64,000 bases of DNA from a virus, in IMG/VR virus record IMGVR_UViG_3300025098_000014. One strand, 5' to 3'. Shown here piece after piece: positions 17,553 to 25,652 of this stretch. Numbering within the stretch: position 1 is the stretch's first letter; each line of letters begins with the position of its first letter. A program made the position numbers and the translations under genes. The notes below the pieces were generated by a model. The model saw nothing but the letters and a program-made list of their open reading frames with translations, ran no database searches and was not told where the DNA came from.

Positions 17553-18085
17553 TACCTACCCATCATACAAGCAACACTAACTCTCCAGAAGGGAGTATCT
17601 ACTTTGATAGGAAGAGCGTCATGAAGTTCGTTTGATCTGAAGACAACAAAATCTCCAGGTTCAAAGGTATAAGTACGATCCTCTATTTGCAGTTCACCTC
17701 CCCATGAAGGATCCCATTGAGGAGTAAGAAATCCAACAACGCTCCAAATATATTTACCTTTAGCATCACCGTCTGTATGGAAGACAGAAATATTTCCTTT
17801 TCTTTGTGCGTTGAATCCAATCGCACCTAGTCCACCGACTGGTAAAGTAAACCCATACTCTTCTTGTACTCTATCACGAAGGACACTCATCAAACAAATA
17901 AAGTATCCAGATAAGAAAGGACTGTGCATACCATTAGCATCCATAGCCATTGTTCTTGGATAATGCGTAAGTGGATCATCAACACCGCCATAAGCGCCAC
18001 CAATTTTCCAAGTCGCTTCTCCCATCAAGTGCCCATATATTTGTTCAACATCGGGTTTAGATAAAAGGTTTTTTACAATATACAT
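17552..18085 (-). CDS. 2OG-Fe(II) oxygenase (prolyl-hydroxylase-like)
   Basis: FHTDG, WDPSWGGEL, PGDFVVF...LHDA, RVSVA. Confidence 0.85.
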   Translation of the reverse strand: MYIVKNLLSKPDVEQIYGHLMGEATWKIGGAYGGVDDPLTHYPRTMAMDANGMHSPFLSGYFICLMSVLRDRVQEEYGFTLPVGGLGAIGFNAQRKGNISVFHTDGDAKGKYIWSVVGFLTPQWDPSWGGELQIEDRTYTFEPGDFVVFRSNELHDALPIKVDTPFWRVSVACMMGR

Positions 18086-19815
18086 TATCCTTCCACCGAT
18101 GACTTTTCTTCCATATATGAAAATCCAGCTTTCTTAGAAAACTCAATTACATTATTAAACTTATCAAGCATATCGCTCTTATGAGAAATCACAAAAGTAT
18201 TTGCATCTTTAATAACAAATCTAATGATCTTGCTAAACTCATCTGTACCAACAGTATCAAGAGAACTGTCGAACACTTCATCTAAAATTAAAAGATTAGT
18301 ATTAGCAGAGTTTTTAAATCTAGCAACTTCTCTCCAAGCAAAAAGAAGTGCTAGATCAATTCTCATTTTCTCCCCCTCAGAAAATGAAGAGTAAGTAAAC
18401 TTGTCGTGGATAGGGCTCTGAATAGTTTCTACAAATTCTTCATCCAGATTAAAATTGATATAGAAATCCATCATCTGGAGATAACGATTAACTTGCTTAT
18501 TAATAAGGGGAAGATACTTTTTGATTATCTTGGACTTTACTCCACCATCTTTAAGAAGAGAGTATGCAAAATCGTTGTACCTGACTTCCTCGCTTTTTTC
18601 AGCAAGCTTTCCGAATACTACTTGTAGAGAATCTTTGAACCCGTCTAACTTCTCATGTTCAGAATTTCTGTTTTGCAACTGACTGGTAAGAGTTTGAATT
18701 TCCGATTGTAAATCTCTGACCTGTCTCTGATATCCAGCAATTCTAACATTGTTTTGAGAAATGTCATGTGTAAGTTCAATAATCTCCGTTGAGAGTTTTT
18801 TAAAGTGACGCTCTTTATCTTCTTCTAATTGTATCGACTCCTCCAGTTTAAGAAAACCTTCTTGGAGTTCCTTTGCTTTATATTGAGCGTCACTAATTTT
18901 ATTTAGTCTAAGATCTTCTTGAATAGGTTGTGTGCATGTAGGGCATACCGTATTCTCAGTAAAGAACTTATGCTCCTTCGTAATCGTTGATACCTTCTGA
19001 GAAATCTTACCCTTAAGACTACCAAGTTTACGAAGTTGTTGTGTAGAATTTGCTACATCTTTGAGAGATTCATTGAGCAATTCAATATTTTTAGAGATGT
19101 CTTCATTCCGAAGATTAAGAATACCAGAGTCAAAAGATAACTTTTCAATTTTAAGGATATCTGCATCTATTCTATTTTTATGACGGTCTTCTAAATCACC
19201 AATAAAGCATGATTGCATTTCAATTTTATCTTTGATATTACTTTTCTTCAAAGTAAGACTCTTAATCATCTCCTTAGACTGCCTAATATCCTCCTTCAAG
19301 AAGTTATTCATAGCAGAGAAGATACGAATATCTAAAAGGTCTTCAATAACTTCTCTACGATGTGCCTGAGTCAATTGCATGAAGGGCACAAAGTTACTAC
19401 TACCCAAGATAACAATTTGAGTAAAAGATTTATAGTTTAATTTAAGAATTTGATCTTCTACAATCTTCTGATTAGTTCTATCATCAGCTTCTTTATTTTT
19501 CATCTCACCATCGACTAAGATATCAAACACATTTGGTTTGATACCACGACGGATTAGATATTTTTTAGGTCCAACAGAAAACTCAACCTCTACCAAGCAA
19601 CCTTTATCATTAGAAGTGTTAACAAGTTGAGGTTTATTTATTTTACGATATGGTTTATTGAACAGAGCAAAACACAATGCATCAAGCATCGTAGATTTGC
19701 CAGCACCATTAGTACCTACGATTAATGTTGTGGAAACTTTATTAAGACATATCTCTGTCCATTGATCACCGGTAGATAGAAAATTTTTCCATCTAATTTT
19801 TTCAAATGTTATCAT
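18085..19815 (-). CDS. gp46: Recombination endonuclease subunit, Rad50/SbcC-like
   Basis: GTNGAGKST, CPTC zinc hook, FSEGEK, LILDEVFD, VISH. Confidence 0.97.
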   Translation of the reverse strand: MITFEKIRWKNFLSTGDQWTEICLNKVSTTLIVGTNGAGKSTMLDALCFALFNKPYRKINKPQLVNTSNDKGCLVEVEFSVGPKKYLIRRGIKPNVFDILVDGEMKNKEADDRTNQKIVEDQILKLNYKSFTQIVILGSSNFVPFMQLTQAHRREVIEDLLDIRIFSAMNNFLKEDIRQSKEMIKSLTLKKSNIKDKIEMQSCFIGDLEDRHKNRIDADILKIEKLSFDSGILNLRNEDISKNIELLNESLKDVANSTQQLRKLGSLKGKISQKVSTITKEHKFFTENTVCPTCTQPIQEDLRLNKISDAQYKAKELQEGFLKLEESIQLEEDKERHFKKLSTEIIELTHDISQNNVRIAGYQRQVRDLQSEIQTLTSQLQNRNSEHEKLDGFKDSLQVVFGKLAEKSEEVRYNDFAYSLLKDGGVKSKIIKKYLPLINKQVNRYLQMMDFYINFNLDEEFVETIQSPIHDKFTYSSFSEGEKMRIDLALLFAWREVARFKNSANTNLLILDEVFDSSLDTVGTDEFSKIIRFVIKDANTFVISHKSDMLDKFNNVIEFSKKAGFSYMEEKSSVEG

Positions 19816-20071
19816 CTTGTGTAGGTGGAATTACGATGTCTTCGGAAGTGATTACTGAATACTTATAATTATACACCTCACACGCCTTTATTGCAAGGTC
19901 TTCTTCAATTTCAATTGTAGACATCTCAACCCCATGATCTTCTTCTAGCTGTAAAGCATATCTAATAGCATCGTCTTCTTCTTCAAAGATAAAGAGAACT
20001 TTATTACCACGCCGATCCTTTACAGCGTAGGCACCTTCTTCTTTTTTATCTTTTTCCGTTAACAAGAACAT
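19802..20071 (-). CDS. Hypothetical protein between gp47 and gp46
   Basis: ORF track; FEEEDDAIRYA motif; overlaps neighbours. Confidence 0.75.
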   Translation of the reverse strand: MFLLTEKDKKEEGAYAVKDRRGNKVLFIFEEEDDAIRYALQLEEDHGVEMSTIEIEEDLAIKACEVYNYKYSVITSEDIVIPPTQDDNI

Positions 20072-21123
20072 TACTCAACTTCACAAGCCTTTGAATATAA
20101 CGAACCAAATAAAGTTTTGATTCTAGATTTATCAATATCAGTTTCAGTTTCTTCAATGTATCTATTCAATATAGACATAGTGTTTTCTTCTTCACTAATT
20201 TCTAAATCTTCTCCATGCAACCAACCTTGATTATAGTCAAAGTTTTCAATAACTTTTAACTCTTCTACACCAACAGTATAAAGTTTATCAATAAATTTTT
20301 CAAAGTCTTTTGGTTTTGTTTTTTTACGAACTATAACTTTAACAATTTTACCAGCATATTCAGAGGCATTGAACATCTGATGGGGAGTATCCTCATAATA
20401 GATGTTATAAAACATCTTATTTGGATTATCAATATTAGTTAGATCGTATGTCTCAGTATCAAAGAGATGGAAGCCTCTAGGGTCATTAACATCGTTCCAA
20501 TACAGTTCATAAGGATTTCCCAAATAAAAGATTTGACCGTCGTTACTGCGTGTATGATAATGTCCACTAAACACCCTATCAAATTTTCTCAGATACTCTG
20601 CTTCGTCTCCACGATCTTGCATGAATCCACGATAAGCAGCAAACCCATTAAGTTCTAAATGACCAACGGCAAGTTTTGCATCACTATTATTAATTAACTC
20701 TATAGTATCCTTTTCATTCTCAGCATTGATCCAAGAGATAAAAGCAAACTTAGTACCGCCGATTAAATGTTCAGCATAATCAGTGATAGGGATGATATTA
20801 TCGTACTCTCGTAATAGTAAATCAATTGTATTGATTGAGTTATTGTTTTTGTAATACGCTGTGTGATTCCCAACAACAGTATATACAGTAATCCCCATAT
20901 CACGGAGACGATCGTAGTAATTTTCTTTAGCCCATTTAAGAGACCAGAAGTCAATGCTCCTACGATTGTCGAAAGTATCCCCCATATCGATAAGAGTTGT
21001 GATACCTTCAGCAAGAAGAGTAGGAAAAAAAGTTTCATTATAAAATTTTAAAAAATAATCATGAAACAACTTACTACCCTTACGAGCACCGAAGTGCTGA
21101 TCAGTAATAATGCCAATTTTCAT
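20071..21123 (-). CDS. gp47: Recombination endonuclease subunit, Mre11/SbcD-like
   Basis: ITDQHFG, GDTFDNR, VGNH, GHLE, SGHYH. Confidence 0.97.
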   Translation of the reverse strand: MKIGIITDQHFGARKGSKLFHDYFLKFYNETFFPTLLAEGITTLIDMGDTFDNRRSIDFWSLKWAKENYYDRLRDMGITVYTVVGNHTAYYKNNNSINTIDLLLREYDNIIPITDYAEHLIGGTKFAFISWINAENEKDTIELINNSDAKLAVGHLELNGFAAYRGFMQDRGDEAEYLRKFDRVFSGHYHTRSNDGQIFYLGNPYELYWNDVNDPRGFHLFDTETYDLTNIDNPNKMFYNIYYEDTPHQMFNASEYAGKIVKVIVRKKTKPKDFEKFIDKLYTVGVEELKVIENFDYNQGWLHGEDLEISEEENTMSILNRYIEETETDIDKSRIKTLFGSLYSKACEVE

Positions 21124-21338
21124 TTTGAATGATGTGGTTTGTGTTCTCTATCCATAGGTAAGGATGAAATTACTGGAGATTTAGTTTTGTTCTTAAGGAC
21201 AATAAATTTATCTGCAGCAAATGTACCAGCTATTTCAACTCTAACTTCATCACCATCTTCCCATACTGGATCACCATTTTTTTTACGCATGTCCATAGCA
21301 CATGCTATTTCATCAATTAGATCTTGAGTCAATTTCAT
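21120..21338 (-). CDS. Hypothetical protein
   Basis: ORF track; fits between gp55 and gp47. Confidence 0.7.
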   Translation of the reverse strand: MKLTQDLIDEIACAMDMRKKNGDPVWEDGDEVRVEIAGTFAADKFIVLKNKTKSPVISSLPMDREHKPHHSK

Positions 21339-21343
21339 TTTAA

Positions 21344-21817
21344 TTATCTAGATGTTCTATACTGGATGTTATCTTTAATAGTATTATAGTCGCTTGTGGA
21401 TCCATTTGCACCCTCTTCAATGACCATAACTTGATCATATCCAGTTCTTTCAATAATTTTTGTTTTAATCTCTAATTGTTTTTTCTCTTTTTGAATTCTG
21501 CGAAGAAATGCATAGTAAATAATCTGAGTAAAATACGCAAATGGATTAGTAGATTTTTCTGGATTAAAGTTATGAATGTATTGTACACAATTCTCAATTC
21601 CATCGCCAATCATATCCTCTCGGAACATGTAGTTGACAAAGTTTGGTTTATAAGAAAGATGTGTTGCGATCTTAAGAAAACAATCTCCTAAGTAATTACT
21701 AATAGCTGGAGGTTTAGTTCCATTCTCTTTAGCAAGTTTTGCTGCAATACGATATTCAACCATCGCATCTAACAATTCTTTATTATTTACATAATGTTCA
21801 GATCTTTTTTTAGGCAT
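21344..21817 (-). CDS. gp55: Late-transcription sigma factor
   Basis: HYVNNKELL, KIATHLSYKPNFVNY, NPFAYFTQIIYYAFLRRIQKEKKQ. Confidence 0.97.
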   Translation of the reverse strand: MPKKRSEHYVNNKELLDAMVEYRIAAKLAKENGTKPPAISNYLGDCFLKIATHLSYKPNFVNYMFREDMIGDGIENCVQYIHNFNPEKSTNPFAYFTQIIYYAFLRRIQKEKKQLEIKTKIIERTGYDQVMVIEEGANGSTSDYNTIKDNIQYRTSR

Positions 21818-21840
21818 ATCTATGCTAAGTTCGTGTTTAT

Positions 21841-21849
21841 ATTATAGCA
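21841..21849 (-). promoter_or_regulatory. Extended -10 promoter (TGCTATAAT) for gp55
   Basis: Minus strand tgctataat about 24 nt upstream of the gp55 ATG. Confidence 0.6.
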
Positions 21850-21853
21850 CAGC

Positions 21854-21882
21854 TTGACAATCTATGCTTTTGTCTGTAGAAT
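21854..21882 (+). promoter_or_regulatory. Near-consensus sigma70 promoter on the non-coding strand
   Basis: TTGACA (21854-21859), 17-nt spacer, TAGAAT (21877-21882). Confidence 0.6.
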
Positions 21883-21925
21883 AACTTTGTCGAAGTTCAG
21901 AAGCACTGTATCTAAGCTTCTTAGC

Positions 21926-22357
21926 TTAAGCATGAGTTGCAATACCAGCTCTAGGGTCTGCTTCTAATTTAAATAGATCCTCTAGATTTTTACGAGCAGA
22001 CTTAACATTTCCTAGATATCCCATTTTTTCTGATGGTTTAACCTTACCAGTTGATCTTGTATTGATACCCATCCGATCTTCAGCAGCGTCAATAATATAA
22101 TTTGTATAGTATTCGACCATTTCATGATCGCATTCTACTTCTGTCATTGTAATAATTTGTGTCTTATCAATAAAATAAAACTGATCATTTGGAACATGCA
22201 TCCAAGGTTCTATTCTTACAAAAGAACCTCTTGGTCCATGTACAGTTTCAATACAGACAGGATCTTGAACTATTAATGTATCATTTTCTGAAGAAGTTAT
22301 AGCGAAGAGTTCTTCGCCAGATACTAATTTGATACTTGCGTAAAAGTCATCGTTCAT
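21926..22357 (-). CDS. Conserved hypothetical protein downstream of uvsW (Sm-like fold likely)
   Basis: FYASIKLVSGEELFA, PWM, MGYLG. Confidence 0.75.
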   Translation of the reverse strand: MNDDFYASIKLVSGEELFAITSSENDTLIVQDPVCIETVHGPRGSFVRIEPWMHVPNDQFYFIDKTQIITMTEVECDHEMVEYYTNYIIDAAEDRMGINTRSTGKVKPSEKMGYLGNVKSARKNLEDLFKLEADPRAGIATHA

Positions 22358-23828
22358 TCTTTTCTCTTAGATTAATGGTTACCATGTCATAAGTAAATTT
22401 TTCTTCCTTATAAATTTTAATTCTCTCAATGAGATGGTTTAATGTGTAATTTCGTTTTGAACGAAAGGTACAATCATCAGCAATGTCGTACAGAGTCGCA
22501 CTAAATTTGTTAGTACCTTTTCTCAGTACTCTACCAATTGATTGTAAATTCCTAATTCTTGATTTTGAAGGAGAAGCAAAGATAACATTATGTAAGTTTT
22601 TAATGTTAATTCCAGTAGAGAAAGTTCCGTATGAAGCAACAATAATAGAGTTGGTTTCATTCTCGATGATTGAACGGGCTAGTTCTCTATCCTCAACATC
22701 TACTCCACCATGAATAAAGAAGACTTTTCGATCTTCTCCTATGTTTTTATTTATCATATCAAAAAGAACCCTCCCATGATCTTCAACTCTTGCAAAAAGA
22801 ACTAGAGTATTTCCTTTAAGATCTATACTTAAATTTTTTATAAAATTATTCCTTTTCTCATGAGAAATTAAATAATTAATTTCATCTAGATAAGAATCAA
22901 ATACTCTCTCATCATGTTTTAACAAAAGAATCTTAGCATTTAGTTTTGCCAGATACCCTTTGGTCATTAGTTCCTCGGTACGAACTAACTTGTAAGATGG
23001 TCCAAACAATCCTTCTAGCACCCACTTGTGAGTTTGTGTTCCGTCTAGAGTTCCAGTAAAACCAAAACGATATTTTGCTTGATGTAACTTAGTCATGATG
23101 CTGGTAAGAGACTTTGCTTTGAACAAATGTGCCTCATCACCAATTACTACATTGAAACGCTCAAAATAACTCTTCTCTAGTTTATAGATAGATTGCCATG
23201 TAGTAATGATAACGGGTGCTTTAGCTTCTCGTTCTTTACCTGCATATATTTTGTGACAATATGAAGAAGCATCCCATCCATATTCCTCAAAGTCCTTATG
23301 CATCTGCTCTACCAGAGATGTCGTTGGAACAACTAGGAGGATATTTTGTTTGCGCTCTGTATAGTACCTCACGATTGAGTAAATCATCAAAGATTTGCCG
23401 GAGGCTGTTGGGCTTATCACTAACCTTCTATTGTGTCTTAGAGCATCGTATACTCCCTCTACTTGATAGTCACGAGGTTGACGATTGCAAATAGACAACA
23501 TATAATCTTTTATTCCCTCCTTAGATATAAATTCATTTTCTTCATAAGGAGTTCCATAAAATTTATTGTTTGTAAATTCAAATTCATATCCTTGCCTTTT
23601 ACAGAAAGATACTAACTTATCTAATAACCCAGCATATAGTTCTCTTGTATGCGTAGAAAATAAACGAATCTTTCCATCCCAGTACCTTCTACGGTACTGA
23701 TTCATATACTTAGCACCCTCTATATCAAAAGAGAAGTGGTCAGACAACTCCTGATATACATGAGGCTCAGATTCAATTTTTAAAAAAACTTCGTTTTTCT
23801 TGGATACTATAAGTTTGGTCATGCTCAC
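22347..23828 (-). CDS. uvsW: SF2 RNA-DNA/DNA helicase UvsW
   Basis: PRDYQ, SPTASGKS, GDEAH, GFTGT, QSIGRVLR. Confidence 0.96.
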   Translation of the reverse strand: MSMTKLIVSKKNEVFLKIESEPHVYQELSDHFSFDIEGAKYMNQYRRRYWDGKIRLFSTHTRELYAGLLDKLVSFCKRQGYEFEFTNNKFYGTPYEENEFISKEGIKDYMLSICNRQPRDYQVEGVYDALRHNRRLVISPTASGKSLMIYSIVRYYTERKQNILLVVPTTSLVEQMHKDFEEYGWDASSYCHKIYAGKEREAKAPVIITTWQSIYKLEKSYFERFNVVIGDEAHLFKAKSLTSIMTKLHQAKYRFGFTGTLDGTQTHKWVLEGLFGPSYKLVRTEELMTKGYLAKLNAKILLLKHDERVFDSYLDEINYLISHEKRNNFIKNLSIDLKGNTLVLFARVEDHGRVLFDMINKNIGEDRKVFFIHGGVDVEDRELARSIIENETNSIIVASYGTFSTGINIKNLHNVIFASPSKSRIRNLQSIGRVLRKGTNKFSATLYDIADDCTFRSKRNYTLNHLIERIKIYKEEKFTYDMVTINLREKNER

Positions 23829-24250
23829 CCTGCACGGAAATTATGCCAATCGATAATATTTTTAATTAGATATCCTCTATTACTTACCTGCTTAATAATA
23901 TCTTCCAGGTATGTCAACATGACATCATAGTATTTAATTTTTAAAGTTGCTGACTGCACTTTCTCATCAGCCAACATATATCTTTGTACAGCATCCTTTT
24001 CCCTAACTTTATATGGGAAGGGATCCTTTGCATAAACTTCAGGGTCTGCTTTACCTGTGTAATACAGATGCCTATCTAATTTAATTTTATTTTCTAATGT
24101 TGTTGATCTTTCCCTGAGCAACTTAATGTTGTTGTAGATGTCAAAATACTTGGCATGTAAAGATGGAATCTTTGCTGCCTCATCATGTAAATTATCTTGA
24201 TCAATCTGTGTGTCTTTGACCCACATACTTTGTATAGTTTCAAGATCCAT
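23825..24250 (-). CDS. uvsY: Recombination mediator UvsY
   Basis: IPSLHAKY, YYTGKA, RGYLIKNIIDW; position. Confidence 0.92.
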   Translation of the reverse strand: MDLETIQSMWVKDTQIDQDNLHDEAAKIPSLHAKYFDIYNNIKLLRERSTTLENKIKLDRHLYYTGKADPEVYAKDPFPYKVREKDAVQRYMLADEKVQSATLKIKYYDVMLTYLEDIIKQVSNRGYLIKNIIDWHNFRAG

Positions 24251-24253
24251 AAG

Positions 24254-24784
24254 TTAGTTTGCAACTTCAATCGTATAGAACAGATACTTAAATGTCACTG
24301 TTGCTGTAAAGTATGTATAATCAGTATCTGTGGCAGTAAAATCTAAAGAACTTAGTGAGACTGGGAATAAATCTCTAAATTTTATTCTTGCACTTACATT
24401 AAAATTACTGTTTAGGATCGCAAGAGTTCCATCACTAAATTGTTCTTTAACATCTTTAGATCCATCTGCAGCAGTAATAAGTTGTTGAAACTCATTAACA
24501 CTTTCTGGATACCCAAGACCATAGATCCAGTTATGAATCTCTAGATAATTTTCTAAATCCTCATCTACAATAAACTGCAGAGTGAGATCTTCAAATTGAA
24601 TATTATCACCAGGAAGATCAATAGCCTTCAGGTAGTTTCCAACCTTTATATTCCCTAATTGGATACCAGGAATCTTTGTACTATTAGAAAAGAAATCTAC
24701 TTTGGGAGTTTTTACAATATTGAATTTAAATCCTGTAGGCGACAAATAATTCTTGTTTGTTATCTGCTTGCTAAGGAATGTCAT
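24254..24784 (-). CDS. gp3: Tail completion / sheath stabiliser
   Basis: NYLSPTGFKF, FIVDEDLENYLEIHNWI, FPVSLS. Confidence 0.9.
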   Translation of the reverse strand: MTFLSKQITNKNYLSPTGFKFNIVKTPKVDFFSNSTKIPGIQLGNIKVGNYLKAIDLPGDNIQFEDLTLQFIVDEDLENYLEIHNWIYGLGYPESVNEFQQLITAADGSKDVKEQFSDGTLAILNSNFNVSARIKFRDLFPVSLSSLDFTATDTDYTYFTATVTFKYLFYTIEVAN

Positions 24785-24802
24785 TTTTATTTTTATTTAG
24801 AC

Positions 24803-24828
24803 AAAAAAAGAGACCCTTTCGGGTCTCT
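24803..24828 (-). terminator. Rho-independent terminator, followed by a CTAAATA late promoter for gp3
   Basis: GAGACCC-gaaa-GGGTCTC-TTTTTTT; tatttag at 24794-24800. Confidence 0.85.
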
Positions 24829-24857
24829 CACTTCCTTCACACGGAAATTATATTATA

Positions 24858-25034
24858 TCACATAAGGACTTCCTTACAAATTCTTTTGCATTCTGGAGCA
24901 CTTAGTGAACTGCATTCAATTAGACACTCATAATAATCATTTAATCTTTCTTGTTCCTCTACGGCGAAATCGTCAACTGGGGTTTCTGTAATTTTCCATT
25001 CGTTAAGTTGAGCCATTGATAGTAGATTGTGCAT
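24858..25034 (-). CDS. Small twin-CX3C protein (58 aa, MHNLLSMAQLNEW...YYECLIECSSLSAPECKRICKEVLM)
   Basis: Hand-translated; AAGGTG RBS; late-type CTAAATA upstream; terminators on both sides. Confidence 0.8.
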   Translation of the reverse strand: MHNLLSMAQLNEWKITETPVDDFAVEEQERLNDYYECLIECSSLSAPECKRICKEVLM

Positions 25035-25148
25035 TTAAATCACCTTGGTTATTGAATATAATATAGAGATCTCAGATCATAGTAGTAGTTAATTCTGTTT
25101 CTATTTAGTCAGCGTATGCTAACTTAATGAAGTAAATTAAATGTATAC

Positions 25149-25174
25149 AAAAAAAAGACCCTTGCGGGGGGTCT
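25149..25174 (-). terminator. Rho-independent terminator
   Basis: AGACCC...GGGTCT stem plus T-run. Confidence 0.8.
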
Positions 25175-25179
25175 CTTGA

Positions 25180-25512
25180 TCAATTTAGACGAGTGCATTG
25201 ATATCCGTATTGATTTAGATATCCATTATAGATCCTACGAGTAGTCCACTTGAGTCCTAGTTTCTTGAGATTAGGAGTAAGTGCAGGGCGACCTTTATCA
25301 GCATCTAGATCTTTCTTTGATACTTCTTTGAAAAAAGATCTTCCAACAGGAATTCTATCCCATGGATACCTGTGTGTTGAACCTCCCCTGCCGCTCAGTA
25401 CCCTTACTGAATCTTCCTCTTCCTTAGACATCACGGTGAACATCGGACGGACTTTCAAACTCTTATTCAAATCTTGAAAGTCTTCTTCGTGGAATAGTGA
25501 GTAGTTTGACAT
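25180..25512 (-). CDS. Hypothetical basic protein (RYPW...VGRSFF motif, possibly DNA-binding)
   Basis: ORF track; has its own sigma70 promoter and terminator. Confidence 0.75.
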   Translation of the reverse strand: MSNYSLFHEEDFQDLNKSLKVRPMFTVMSKEEEDSVRVLSGRGGSTHRYPWDRIPVGRSFFKEVSKKDLDADKGRPALTPNLKKLGLKWTTRRIYNGYLNQYGYQCTRLN

Positions 25513-25545
25513 GCGGTTTTCTAAACGCTTTGATTAACTGAAGAT

Positions 25546-25574
25546 ATTCTACCACCAAACAAACCCGATGTCAA
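25546..25574 (-). promoter_or_regulatory. Near-consensus sigma70 promoter
   Basis: TTGACA (25574-25569), 17 nt, TAGAAT (25551-25546). Confidence 0.75.
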
Positions 25575-25577
25575 CAC

Positions 25578-25606
25578 AAAAAAAGACCCCCCTTTGAGGG
25601 AGGTCT
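25578..25606 (-). terminator. gp23 terminator
   Basis: AGACCTCCC-tcaaa-GGGGGGTCT-TTTTTT. Confidence 0.85.
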
Positions 25607-25652
25607 GAAAGAGATCCGATGGGATACTCTGGGAAACATATGGACCGATCGA

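Noticed and set aside
24858-25034. Calling the Cys microprotein CP12
   Set aside because: Lacks the AWD-VEEL core and the C-terminal C-x8-C pattern of CP12
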